NCBI GenBank assembly: GCA_037385045.1
Contig: JARRNJ010000023.1
Location: forward strand, 13,688-77,687
DNA: 64,000 nt
Source: Gammaproteobacteria bacterium
Lineage (GTDB): Bacteria; Pseudomonadota; Gammaproteobacteria; JASBUN01
Direction: 5' to 3'
How positions within the stretch are numbered: the stretch's first letter is position 1; every line of letters begins with the position of its first letter. This document shows, one piece after another, positions 18,924 to 28,538 of the stretch. The translations under genes were made by a program, and so were the position numbers. The notes under the pieces were generated by a model. The model was not told the DNA's origin and did no database searches. It worked only from the letters and a program-made list of their open reading frames with translations.

Positions 18924-20267
18924 ATGACCATCACTCCAGCGGAATATGAAGCCAAGAAGCGGCGCCTGAGTGAATCCCTGCGTGCCGAAGGCGGCACGGT
19001 TCGCCTCGCCAAGGACACGTCCAACCTGTTCCGCGACCGCAAGGCCGAACCCGCGCGTCGGCTCAACGTGCGGGATTTCAATCATGTCATTCACGTCGAC
19101 CCCCAGGCGGGCGTGGTCGAGGTGGAAGGCATGACACCGTACGTCGAACTGGTCAGGGAATGCCTGCGTCACGGGGTGATGCCCACCGTGGTGCCGCAGC
19201 TGAAATCCATCACCATCGGTGGCGCCGTGACCGGGCTCGGCATCGAGTCATCGTCGTTCAAATACGGCCTGGTGCACGAAACGGTGGAGGAACTCGAAGT
19301 CCTGCTGGGCGACGGCAGCATCGTGGTTTGCACCCGGGACAACGAGCATCGGGAGTTGTTTTTCGGTTTTCCCAATTCCTACGGCACATTGGGCTACGCG
19401 CTGAAGTTGAAGGTGAAGGTCGTGCCGGTGAAACCGTACGTACGCCTGACCCACCTGCATTACAGCGACGCAAACCGGTATTTCGACGAACTCGGGCGGC
19501 GTTGTGACACCGACATCGATTTCATCGACGGCACCATCTTCGGCAAGGGGGACCACTATCTCAGCATCGGCGAATTCGCGGATGAAGCCCCCTACACCAG
19601 CGACTACACCTATAAGAACATTTATTACCGCTCCATCCGCGAACGCGAAACCGATTATCTGACCATCGAGGACTATATCTGGCGCTGGGACACGGACTGG
19701 TTCTGGTGCTCCAGGAACCTGGGCGCGCAGAATCCGCTGGTGCGGCGCCTGCTCGGCCGGTCGCGGCTGAACTCGGTGACCTACACCAAGATCATGCGCT
19801 GGAACGGCCGCTGGGGCGTAACCCGCCTGATGGACCGGCTGCTGGGCCAGCATGGCGAGTCGGTGATCCAGGATGTGGAAGTGCCGCTGGAGCGATGCGG
19901 TGAATTTCTCGATTTCTATCTGGAGCACATCCGCTTCATGCCGGTGTGGATCTGCCCCACCCGGGCCTACGACCGTGACGTCGGCTTCGACCTGTACCGC
20001 ATGGACCCGGACGTCCTGTATGTCAATTTCGGCTTCTGGGATGTGATCAAGACCCGCGAGCACCTGCCGGCTGGCTATCACAACCGCTTGGTGGAGCAGC
20101 AAGTGCGCCGGCTGGGGGGCATGAAGTCGTTGTATTCGGACTCGTTCTTTTCCCCGGAAGAATTCTGGAGCATTTACAACAAGCCGGCCTACGACCGGCT
20201 CAAGGCCAGATACGACCCCGGCGGCCGTTTCAAGAACCTCTATGCCAAGTGCGTCCTGCGCGAGTGA
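18924..20267 (+). CDS. FAD-binding oxidoreductase, TmsA/BfaA (Rv3719)-like, DHCR24-related
   Basis: VRLAK.TSNLFR, VVPQLKSITIGGAVTGLGIESSSF, FPNSYGTLGY, YIWRWDTDWFWCSR, LYVNFGFW, KSLYSDSF. GAGG RBS. Confidence 0.85.
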   Translation: MTITPAEYEAKKRRLSESLRAEGGTVRLAKDTSNLFRDRKAEPARRLNVRDFNHVIHVDPQAGVVEVEGMTPYVELVRECLRHGVMPTVVPQLKSITIGGAVTGLGIESSSFKYGLVHETVEELEVLLGDGSIVVCTRDNEHRELFFGFPNSYGTLGYALKLKVKVVPVKPYVRLTHLHYSDANRYFDELGRRCDTDIDFIDGTIFGKGDHYLSIGEFADEAPYTSDYTYKNIYYRSIRERETDYLTIEDYIWRWDTDWFWCSRNLGAQNPLVRRLLGRSRLNSVTYTKIMRWNGRWGVTRLMDRLLGQHGESVIQDVEVPLERCGEFLDFYLEHIRFMPVWICPTRAYDRDVGFDLYRMDPDVLYVNFGFWDVIKTREHLPAGYHNRLVEQQVRRLGGMKSLYSDSFFSPEEFWSIYNKPAYDRLKARYDPGGRFKNLYAKCVLRE

Positions 20268-20372
20268 CGGCCGGGGTGCGCGCCAAATTGTGAACGGGTT
20301 CTCCGCCTGCAGGCCGCCGTTTTGTTGAAATGAGACCATCGATCGGCAAGGGAAAGCGACGAGGTCTGGGGC

Positions 20373-21299
20373 ATGGGCTACGTTTATGTCATGAGTGTCA
20401 TGTCGGCGGGGTTGCTCAGCGTGTTGCTGCTGGCACTGTCGACCGAGAAAGCCCGGCGCGCGGCCGTGCGCCAGGCCCTGCATAATTTCCCCGGTTTTGA
20501 ATCCGAGCATATCTTGTTCGAGAACGGGTCCGGCATTGCGCTGGACCGCCGCCGGCGCGTCGCCTGCATGATCGCCTCCCACGGAATGGATCTTCGCCTC
20601 ACCCTGGTTCCCTTTAACGATATTTCCGGCTGCGAGCTGGTGCGCCGGGGGCAGCGGGTGGTATACGCGGGAACGGTCCCGCCGGCGACGCTGGCGGATG
20701 CCGGGGCACCGGCAGACGATGCTGGGCGCGTCGTAGTCTACACCGGCGCCGGCGGCCATGGGTTTGCCGCGTCCGAGCCGGAAGAGGCATTGCGGTGGTT
20801 CCGGCTGGTGAAGCGGTTGATCGAGCGCGGCGCCGGATCCGCCCTCCATGCGGCGCCCAAGAAAGCCGCACCCGCAATTCCGAAGTCGGGGACGGCGGCA
20901 TCCACGGCGGGTCGCCGCGGCGCCGATACGGCTCGGTCGGAACGGCGCGCGGCCGTCGAGCCGGCGCCCAGGGCACCCCAACCGGCGCGGCCGGTGGCTG
21001 CACCCGCACGGCTGCCGTCCGTCGGCGAAGGCACCGACGACCATGAGGCCGCCGACCGCATCCGGACCCGGGTCGAGGCCGTGATCAGGCGCCACCTCGA
21101 GTCAGCGCCACGCGTGGTCATCAGCGAACGCCGCCTGCGAGACGAAGCGGGCGTCGAGCTGGCCCTGCTGCATTTCCACCGTCACATGAACCGCTTCAAG
21201 CGCGAAAAGGCGTTTGTGCAAGCCACCTTGTCCTATTCGCGAAAGGACGAAACCTGGACCATCCGCCGCCGTCAGTCCGCCGCGGCGGCCGCCACCTGA
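20373..21299 (+). CDS. Hypothetical membrane-anchored protein
   Basis: N-terminal TM helix, beta-rich domain, Ala/Pro-rich linker, small C-terminal domain. GAGG RBS. Confidence 0.65.
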   Translation: MGYVYVMSVMSAGLLSVLLLALSTEKARRAAVRQALHNFPGFESEHILFENGSGIALDRRRRVACMIASHGMDLRLTLVPFNDISGCELVRRGQRVVYAGTVPPATLADAGAPADDAGRVVVYTGAGGHGFAASEPEEALRWFRLVKRLIERGAGSALHAAPKKAAPAIPKSGTAASTAGRRGADTARSERRAAVEPAPRAPQPARPVAAPARLPSVGEGTDDHEAADRIRTRVEAVIRRHLESAPRVVISERRLRDEAGVELALLHFHRHMNRFKREKAFVQATLSYSRKDETWTIRRRQSAAAAAT

Positions 21300-21534
21300 C
21301 ACTCCCGACGCGCCGCCGCTTCGGCTGGCGCTGCATATACGCGCACCGGTCGGCGTCCCGGCCCGGCCAACATACCTACGTGATGCCATTTACGTTATAA
21401 TCCCGCGCCTGACTTCAGGCATGCCCGCCGAACCATACCCATACTACGGATTCTCACCGGATCCGCCGTGCGTCTCCGTGGCAGGCAGGCGATCGATACC
21501 CTGTACCAACTGAAACGAAAAGGAACGCAGCGCC

Positions 21535-23109
21535 TTGTACCGACTGGCTGACCAGCGTTTGTCACGCCTGCTCAACTGCCGGCAACCCGCATTGTTGCGC
21601 GGCGGCTTGATCGGCTTGGAGAAGGAGAGCCTGCGAGTCAACCGCAGGGGAGGCATTGCCCAGACCCCGCATCCCCGCGTGCTTGGTTCCGCACTCACCC
21701 ATCCCTACATCACCACCGACTATTCCGAGGCCCTGCTGGAATTCATTACCCCGCCATATGCGGGACCGGCGGCCGCGTTGAACTTCCTGCGCGATACACA
21801 GAAGTTCGTTTATGATCGGCTTGGGGACGAAATTCTATGGGCAACCAGCATGCCCTGTGTGCTGGCCGGAGAAGCGAACATTCCCATCGCCTACTACGGC
21901 GAATCGAACGCCGGTAAGATGAAAGCCGTGTACCGTCGCGGCCTCGGCTATCGTTACGGCCGGGTGATGCAGGTCATCGCCGGGGTGCATTTCAACTATT
22001 CGGTTCCGGATACGTTCTGGCCCGTGTTCCAGGAACTCGAAGGCGACAGTGGTCCGCTGCAGGCGTTCATCAATGATCGCTACTTCGGCATGATCCGCAA
22101 CCTGCAGCGCTTCGGGTGGCTGGTTTCGTATCTGTTCGGGGCATCCCCCGCCGTGTGCAAATCTTTTATGGGGGGCAAGCCCACCCGCATGCCCGTGTTC
22201 AACGACAATACCTATTACGAACCCTACGCCACCTCGCTGCGCATGGGCGACATCGGTTACCAGAATCGCAAGGAAGACGAAACCGGCGTCAAGGCTTGTT
22301 ACGACAGTTTGGATTCCTACGTGGCGAGTCTCACCTGCGCCATCGAAACGCCCTGTCCGGTTTACGAAAAGATCGGCGTGATTGTCGATGGTGAATACCG
22401 TCAGCTCAATGCCAACCTCCTGCAGATCGAAAACGAATACTACAGCACCATCCGGCCCAAGCAGGTGCTCAACAACAATGAAAAGCCGAGCCTGGCGTTG
22501 AAATATCGCGGCGTGCGCTACGTGGAACTGCGCTCACTCGACGTCAATGCCTTCGATCCTCTCGGTATCTCGGAAACGCAACTGCGGTTCCTGGAAGCTT
22601 TTGTCCTGTTCTGCCTGCTGCACGACAGCCCGGTGGTGCGTGCCGATGAAAGGGCGGCCATCGACCACAATCAGCTGGAGGCGGCCCACCGCGGCCGCGA
22701 TCCGGCGCTGGAACTGATCGTCGACGGCGCAACCCGCCCGCTGCGCCAATGGGCCGGGGAGTTGTGCGGCGCCATGGAGGGTATCTGCGACTACCTCGAC
22801 GCTGGCGATCCAGAGCGACCCTATAGCCGTGCGCTGGCACTGCAGAAGGAGGCGGTGCGGGACGCGGATGGTACGCCGTCGGCGCGCATGCTGGCGGAGA
22901 TGCGTGAACATGGCGAAGGATTCTACGATTTCGCCCGGCGCATGTCCGCGCGGCATGGCATGCATTTCGCCGACCTGGGGCTGGATCCGGAAAGCCGCGC
23001 CCTGTTCGAGCGCGAGGCCGCCGAATCACTGCGGCGGCAGGCGGAAATGGAGGCGGCCGACGATCTGCCCTTCGACCAGTATCTCGCACGCTATTTCGCT
23101 CAGGCGTAG
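21535..23109 (+). CDS. gshA: Glutamate--cysteine ligase
   Basis: GLEKESLRV, ITTDYSEALLEFITP, MQVIAGVHFNYS, ATSLRM, LQIENEYYSTIRPK, YVELRSLD. TTG start, AAGGA RBS. Confidence 0.97.
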   Translation: MYRLADQRLSRLLNCRQPALLRGGLIGLEKESLRVNRRGGIAQTPHPRVLGSALTHPYITTDYSEALLEFITPPYAGPAAALNFLRDTQKFVYDRLGDEILWATSMPCVLAGEANIPIAYYGESNAGKMKAVYRRGLGYRYGRVMQVIAGVHFNYSVPDTFWPVFQELEGDSGPLQAFINDRYFGMIRNLQRFGWLVSYLFGASPAVCKSFMGGKPTRMPVFNDNTYYEPYATSLRMGDIGYQNRKEDETGVKACYDSLDSYVASLTCAIETPCPVYEKIGVIVDGEYRQLNANLLQIENEYYSTIRPKQVLNNNEKPSLALKYRGVRYVELRSLDVNAFDPLGISETQLRFLEAFVLFCLLHDSPVVRADERAAIDHNQLEAAHRGRDPALELIVDGATRPLRQWAGELCGAMEGICDYLDAGDPERPYSRALALQKEAVRDADGTPSARMLAEMREHGEGFYDFARRMSARHGMHFADLGLDPESRALFEREAAESLRRQAEMEAADDLPFDQYLARYFAQA

Positions 23110-23194
23110 GTGGTCGCGGTGCCTCGCTGCGCCAATGCCCTTTGCGTATAATCCGTACCCATTCCGGTGCAATTCCGGGTCGAAGGCGGGTGCG

Positions 23195-23527
23195 ATGAGA
23201 GCGATTGCGGGCGTGTTCGTGCGGCAGGTCGGATGGCTGCGGGTCGGGCTGTACACGTTGGTGCTGCTGTCGGTGGTGTTCCGGCCGCAGCCCGGCGGGG
23301 AAGTGGTCTATGAAGGTTGGGCCATTGCCACGACGCTGTTGATCCCCACCCTGAGTCCGCTGATTTTCATGGGTCTGCTGCTCGATGTTTTGATGAGCCT
23401 GGTGTTGCGCGCGGACAAGACCGGCGCGGAACGGCGCCGTTACCGTACGGTTCTGGTCAGCGACCTGATCATGGCGGTGATCATGGCTGTTGCCTGGGTG
23501 CCGTTTTTCCGTGCGCTGGGTCAATAG
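23195..23527 (+). CDS. Hypothetical membrane protein (3 TM)
   Basis: Three hydrophobic segments; TATAAT upstream at about 23147. Confidence 0.7.
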   Translation: MRAIAGVFVRQVGWLRVGLYTLVLLSVVFRPQPGGEVVYEGWAIATTLLIPTLSPLIFMGLLLDVLMSLVLRADKTGAERRRYRTVLVSDLIMAVIMAVAWVPFFRALGQ

Positions 23528-23545
23528 ATCGCCCGGGGCTCGAAC

Positions 23546-24403
23546 GTGGTTTTCCCACCCTGCATCATCGTTCACGGAGGGGCCGGGTTCCTTGCCGAGG
23601 GCCAGGAAACGGATTCGCGTCTCGCCGGTTGCCGCGAGGCGGCCGAGAGCGGTTGGCGCCTGCTCGCTGCAGGCGGCACAGCGCTTGATGCGGCAGAGGC
23701 GGCCGTTACCGTGCTGGAGAACAACCCCTTGTTCAATGCCGGCACCGGCGCATCGCTGAATGCCGACGGCCTGGTTGAGCTGGATGCATCCATCATGGAT
23801 GGTAGCCGGCTCGCGGCGGGTGCCGTGGCGGCGGTCCAGGGCATCCGCAATCCGGTGCGGCTGGCGCGCAAAGTCCTCGATGACGGCCGCCATGTGTTGT
23901 TGGCCGGTGCAGGCGCGCTCCGATTCGCCCGCGAAGCGGGGATCGAGCTCTGCACGCCGCAAGCGCTGGCAGTGGAAAGCCAACGTCTGCGGTGGCAGGC
24001 CAGGCACGGTACGGTCGGCTGTGTGGCCCGGGATGCCAACGGAGGTTTCGCTGCCGCCACGTCCACCGGCGGCTTGTTCGACAAACTCGCGGGGCGGGTC
24101 GGCGACTCGGCGCTGATCGGCTGCGGAACCTACGCCCATTCCCGCGGTGGCGTGTCGTGCACCGGTATCGGCGAAGCGATTATCCGCACGGTGCTGGCAA
24201 AAGCAGCGGCCGACCGGCTTGCCGACGGGGTGGCCGCCGCCGCCGCTGCCCGCATGACCATCGACGCGTTCGCGCGCGCCACCGGTAGTGAAGCCGGCCT
24301 GATCCTGATCGATGCCGACGGCGGGGTGGGCTTTGCGCACAATGCCCGCAACATGCCCGTGTGCGCTGTGCTCGGCCAGGACCGGATCGAACTGCACGCC
24401 TGA
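23546..24403 (+). CDS. iaaA: Isoaspartyl peptidase/L-asparaginase (Ntn hydrolase)
   Basis: IIVHGGAG, FNAGTG, ELDASIMDG, HGTVG (Thr nucleophile), ATSTGG, GRVGDS, SCTGIGE. Confidence 0.92.
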   Translation: MVFPPCIIVHGGAGFLAEGQETDSRLAGCREAAESGWRLLAAGGTALDAAEAAVTVLENNPLFNAGTGASLNADGLVELDASIMDGSRLAAGAVAAVQGIRNPVRLARKVLDDGRHVLLAGAGALRFAREAGIELCTPQALAVESQRLRWQARHGTVGCVARDANGGFAAATSTGGLFDKLAGRVGDSALIGCGTYAHSRGGVSCTGIGEAIIRTVLAKAAADRLADGVAAAAAARMTIDAFARATGSEAGLILIDADGGVGFAHNARNMPVCAVLGQDRIELHA

Positions 24404-24533
24404 CTCGTACCGGCGCCTGCCGCATATCGGTGCGCCGCACGCCGGCCCTTTCATTCAGCTGCTACAATAAAAAATATGCCAGTCCCGTCCCGTTGATCGT
24501 ATGCCGGTCGGTCGTCAGAGGAGCGCAACCACC

Positions 24534-25133
24534 ATGCCCGATGGTTTTTCCGAATTGAAAACACGCATGTTGCCCGCGGGTACGCCCGTCTATCGCTTCA
24601 ACCAGGGGCTCCCTGAGCGGGTGACGATGAAGGATCCGGCGGTCAATGTGATGACGGACTTGCGGCGCACCAAGGCCATCACGGTAGCGCCCCACACGCC
24701 CATCGACGGGGCACTGCAGAAGATGATCAACGCGGAGGTGCGGCTGCTGGTGGTGACCAACGCGGCAGGCGAAGTGGTGGGCGTGATCAGCGCCCGCGAC
24801 ATTCTCGGCGAGAAGCCGGTCAGCTACATTTCCCGCGAGCGGGTCGCGCGCAGCGAAATCCAGGTATCACATGTCATGACGCCGCGGGAGCAGATCGACG
24901 CACTGGACATGGAGGACGTGTATCGCTCGCGAGTCGGCGACATTGTCGCCACGCTGCGGGAACGGGGACGCCAGCATACGCTGGTGCTCGACAATGACGA
25001 CCGCATCGACGGGCCGGTGGTGAGGGGAATCTTCTCCCTGACCCAGATCGGCTCGCAACTCGGCGTGGAAATTCACTCCAACGGCCGGGTGCAGAGCTTT
25101 GCCGAAGTGGAGGCGCTGCTCAACGCCGGATGA
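24534..25133 (+). CDS. CBS domain-containing protein
   Basis: PA..VMTD, RLLVV...G.V.GVIS..DILGEKP, GRQH.LV, VRGIFS..QI. GAGGAG RBS. Confidence 0.88.
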   Translation: MPDGFSELKTRMLPAGTPVYRFNQGLPERVTMKDPAVNVMTDLRRTKAITVAPHTPIDGALQKMINAEVRLLVVTNAAGEVVGVISARDILGEKPVSYISRERVARSEIQVSHVMTPREQIDALDMEDVYRSRVGDIVATLRERGRQHTLVLDNDDRIDGPVVRGIFSLTQIGSQLGVEIHSNGRVQSFAEVEALLNAG

Positions 25134-25151
25134 CGGCGCCGGCGGGCGAGA

Positions 25152-26438
25152 TCACCACAGGTGCCGGCGGCCGAAACTGGCGCGGTGTATTTCGCCGAGA
25201 TCGACTTTCATGGTGCCGGGATCGACGCTGCGCACGATTTCCACGGTATGCCCGTTGCGGTTGCGGCGCTCGTCGGCGAGGTCGAGGCTGCGCGGGCGTT
25301 TCAACGGCTTGCGGTCCGCGTCGCACAGCACGAGCAGTCGCGGGCGCAGGCGCCGCTGGTAGCATTGTGAAACGATGATTCCCACTTCGCGGCTGCTCAG
25401 TTCCACAAGGGTGCCGGCAGGATAGATGCCGATGGCCTGGATAAATTCGTCCACCAACTCCCCTTGGAACTGGGTGTCGCGCAGCTGGTACAGGTGAGTC
25501 ACCGCGTCGGCCGATGACAAGGCCTGCTCCCGCTGGCGGGGATTTCGCAGTCCCTCGTAGTAATCCACCAGGCCGGCGATGCGGGCCAGGTACGGAATCC
25601 GGTCACCGCCGAGACCCGACGGGTAGCCGCTGCCGTCGAAGCGTTCGTGATGTCCGGCGACCACGGTCAGGACCAGCTTGTCGATTTCGGCGCTGTGCTT
25701 GAGCAGCTGGACGCCATACTCCACGTGGCGCTCGAACAGCGCCTGATCTTCAGGGGTCCGCGGTTCCGGCCTGGTCACCACGTCGATGGGCAGCTGCGTG
25801 ATGCCGATGTCGCACAGCAGCACGCCCAGCACCAGCGCCTCCAGGCCGTCCTCGGCGACGCCCAGGTGGCGGCCCACGACGCACGCCCATACCGCCGAAC
25901 GGATCGATCGGTTGAACGAGTAGTCGTCATGCTCCTGCAGGCGGGTGAGCCATACCAGGGCGTTGGGGTTGCGGATCACGCTGCGGACCAGCGATTTGAC
26001 GGCTTTGGCGGTATGGTCGAAATCCATCGAGCGCCCGGCGCGCAGGTCGGCGAACAACCGGTCCATGGATGCGGACAACCGCTGATGCACACGCTCGGCC
26101 TTGGGGATCTCCTTCTCCACCGAACGGAGTTCACGATAGCGTCCAGGCTGCTTTTTCAACGGGCGGGACTTGATCCGGCCGGGCGGTGGGTGATGGTGCG
26201 TAACCGCAATCGGCGCCTCGTAGGACGTGGGTGCGTAGCCGCGTTCGATATCGACAATGACGTGTTGGCAGTAGTTGCGCAATGCCTGGATATCCTGAGG
26301 ACGGGCGATGTAGAAACCCTGCAACGGAAAAGGGGTTTCGACCCACGGGCGATCGAGCTCGGCAACATACATGCCCAGCGTCAGATCGGAAACGTTGACT
26401 TTGACCTGTTGGAGAGCCACTGTTCTCAGCCTTTGCAA
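25152..26438 (-). CDS. DUF3391 + HD-GYP domain protein with degenerate HD (CD)
   Basis: GMYV.ELDRPWVETPFPLQGF (DUF3391), LLCDIG, HHERFDGSGYP, IGIYPAGTLVELS. Confidence 0.9.
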   Translation of the reverse strand: MQRLRTVALQQVKVNVSDLTLGMYVAELDRPWVETPFPLQGFYIARPQDIQALRNYCQHVIVDIERGYAPTSYEAPIAVTHHHPPPGRIKSRPLKKQPGRYRELRSVEKEIPKAERVHQRLSASMDRLFADLRAGRSMDFDHTAKAVKSLVRSVIRNPNALVWLTRLQEHDDYSFNRSIRSAVWACVVGRHLGVAEDGLEALVLGVLLCDIGITQLPIDVVTRPEPRTPEDQALFERHVEYGVQLLKHSAEIDKLVLTVVAGHHERFDGSGYPSGLGGDRIPYLARIAGLVDYYEGLRNPRQREQALSSADAVTHLYQLRDTQFQGELVDEFIQAIGIYPAGTLVELSSREVGIIVSQCYQRRLRPRLLVLCDADRKPLKRPRSLDLADERRNRNGHTVEIVRSVDPGTMKVDLGEIHRASFGRRHLW

Positions 26439-26545
26439 CCCGTCAACCGGTGCCGTAATTGTCCCGTCGGGCCGTTTGCGCGGCCGGAACCGTGATGCGG
26501 ATGTCGCGGCGACCGACGATTACGAAATTCCCCCGAGTGCACTAT

Positions 26546-26572
26546 ATATCGGCCCCGGGCCCGTTTTCGGGA
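26546..26572 (-). promoter_or_regulatory. Possible sigma28 promoter for the HD-GYP gene
   Basis: Minus-strand GCCGATAT -10 (26553-26546); -35 is weak (TCCCG at N14). Confidence 0.35.
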
Positions 26573-26701
26573 GTTCGTCACAGCTTCGCCGGGGCATTTT
26601 GACTATTCGATCACAATCCCGTCCGGTGGGCCGGGCGTCCGTCACGGGGTGGCATCTCGCGACGCGCTGGAATTTACCCCAAATTGTATGGAGGATCCGT
26701 T

Positions 26702-27400
26702 ATGACCAAAACCGTCCTGATCACCGGAACCAGTCGTGGCATCGGCCTGGAGTTCGCCCGCCAGTACACCGAGGCCGGATGGCGCGTGTTCGCCGCGTGC
26801 CGGCGCCCGCAGGCAGCCCACGACCTGAATGCGCTGGCGGCGGCCTCCGGCGGATCAATGACGGTACATCCGCTGGATGTGACCGACCCCAGCCAGCTGC
26901 AGGCACTGCAACAGGCGATCGGGGCCACGCCGCTCGACCTGCTGTTGAACAACGCCGGCATCTATGGGCAGGCCAGCGCCGTATTCGGTCATACCGATGC
27001 GGGCAAATGGCTGGAGGCGTTCCGCGTCAATACCATTGCCCCGATGAAAATCATGGAAGCATTCGTGTCCAACGTCGCGGCCAGCGACACCCGGCTGATG
27101 GCAGCGCTGAGCAGCAAGATGGGCAGCATGGCCGATAATCATTCCGGCGGCAGCTACGTCTATCGTTCGTCCAAGGCCGCTCTCAACGCCGTGATGAAGA
27201 GCGCCGCCGTGGATCTGCGCGACCGGGGCGTGACCGTCGTTGCATTGCACCCGGGCTGGGTGAGGACGGACATGGGCGGCGCCAGCGCGGAAATCAGCAC
27301 CGCCGAAAGTGTGGCGCACCTGCGCCGGATTCTGGATCGCGTCACGGCCGCCGACAGCGGCTCGTTCTTCGATGTGGACGGTTCCATCGTGCCCTGGTAG
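26702..27400 (+). CDS. SDR family oxidoreductase (CsgA/C-factor-like)
   Basis: TGTSRGIG, NNAG, SSKMGS, YRSSK, LHPGWVRTDMGG. GGAGG RBS. Confidence 0.93.
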   Translation: MTKTVLITGTSRGIGLEFARQYTEAGWRVFAACRRPQAAHDLNALAAASGGSMTVHPLDVTDPSQLQALQQAIGATPLDLLLNNAGIYGQASAVFGHTDAGKWLEAFRVNTIAPMKIMEAFVSNVAASDTRLMAALSSKMGSMADNHSGGSYVYRSSKAALNAVMKSAAVDLRDRGVTVVALHPGWVRTDMGGASAEISTAESVAHLRRILDRVTAADSGSFFDVDGSIVPW

Positions 27401-27427
27401 CTGAACCCGGGGTCACCGCGAAGACGC

Positions 27428-28084
27428 TCAACGGGCCAGGCGGGTCGCCGCTTCGCGTTCCAGTGCCGCGGCGCCGTCGCGATCGAGATGGCGCCACGGC
27501 AGCGGAATCAGCGCCGGCACCTGCGCCCGGTAACGCCGGTAGGCTTCTCCGTGGTATTGGAGCAGCTTTTGTTCCTCCAGCCGCAAACCGATCAGCAGAT
27601 ACATGGTGACGATGATCGCCGCCAGCAGCAGGGCCGGGTCCATGTCGCGGGTCCAGAGCATGACCAGCCCCAGGCTGTACCAGGGGTGGCGCACGAAGCG
27701 GTGCAGGGGCGAGATGTGCAGGCGTTCCTGGTCGCCGATGTCGCGCTGATGGCGCCGCCACTGCCGCAGGCCCAGGAACTCGGCGCCGTCGTAGTAGCGC
27801 AACGACCAGAGAAAACCGAGCGCCGCCGCTCCGGCCGCGCCGTCGGCGACCCAGCCCAGCCACCCCTCCCAGCGCCACAGGGCCGCACCCGGCAGGGCAT
27901 ATGTCCACCACAGCAGCGGCGCCAGCAGCACTGTCGCCAGGGTGTTGTAGGCGAGCCGATAGGCGGGCACGAGGCGCGGCCAACGGGCCGCCAGCCAGCG
28001 CTTGGCGCCCAGCGACGCCAACAGGGAATGGGCCGCGAGATAGGCGGCCCAGCTGCAGGCCAGGAGCAGGAGTTCCAGGGTCAT
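27428..28084 (-). CDS. NnrU/ICMT-like membrane methyltransferase family protein
   Basis: HSLLAS, YRLAYN, FLGLRQ, HRFVRHPWY, LEE.KL...G..Y..YR..VP. Confidence 0.8.
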   Translation of the reverse strand: MTLELLLLACSWAAYLAAHSLLASLGAKRWLAARWPRLVPAYRLAYNTLATVLLAPLLWWTYALPGAALWRWEGWLGWVADGAAGAAALGFLWSLRYYDGAEFLGLRQWRRHQRDIGDQERLHISPLHRFVRHPWYSLGLVMLWTRDMDPALLLAAIIVTMYLLIGLRLEEQKLLQYHGEAYRRYRAQVPALIPLPWRHLDRDGAAALEREAATRLAR

Positions 28085-28192
28085 GGGGGCGACAACGCCG
28101 GGGCCGATTCAATCCGCGTCATGATACCATGTGAGGCCGGTCTTCCCGGGGCCCGGTCCGCAGCACGGCACGGGATGCGCGACATATCGAGG

Positions 28193-28528
28193 ATGCCGAT
28201 CGTGACCATCAAGAACGTGGATATCCGCAAGAAGGCCAATGTCTACCATGACGGCCGGGTGACCAGCCGCACCCTGATCACGCCGGACGGCGAGATGAAG
28301 ACCCTGGGCCTGATGCTGGCCGGCGTCTACCGTTTCAGCACCGAGGCGCCGGAAACCCTCGAGATCACCGAAGGGCACTGCCGCATCCGCCTGGAGGACA
28401 GCCAGGAGTGGACCGAGTACGTCTCGGGCGACACCGTCGAAGTGCCGGGCAACTCCCATTTCGACATTGAAGTGACCGACCTGCTCGATTACCTGTGCCA
28501 CTATCATCCGCCGGGCAAGGAAGCGTAG
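28193..28528 (+). CDS. ppnP: Pyrimidine/purine nucleoside phosphorylase (DUF1255)
   Basis: KANVY.DG.VTSR, KTLG.M, Y.FSTEAPE, VPGNS.F.I, DY.C.Y. Confidence 0.85.
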   Translation: MPIVTIKNVDIRKKANVYHDGRVTSRTLITPDGEMKTLGLMLAGVYRFSTEAPETLEITEGHCRIRLEDSQEWTEYVSGDTVEVPGNSHFDIEVTDLLDYLCHYHPPGKEA

Positions 28529-28538
28529 CAGAGCGTCT

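Noticed and set aside
19248-24454. Long minus-strand ORFs of 615 aa (19248-21095) and 636 aa (22544-24454)
   Set aside because: They overlap well-supported plus-strand genes and translate to low-information Arg/Gly/Pro-rich sequence.
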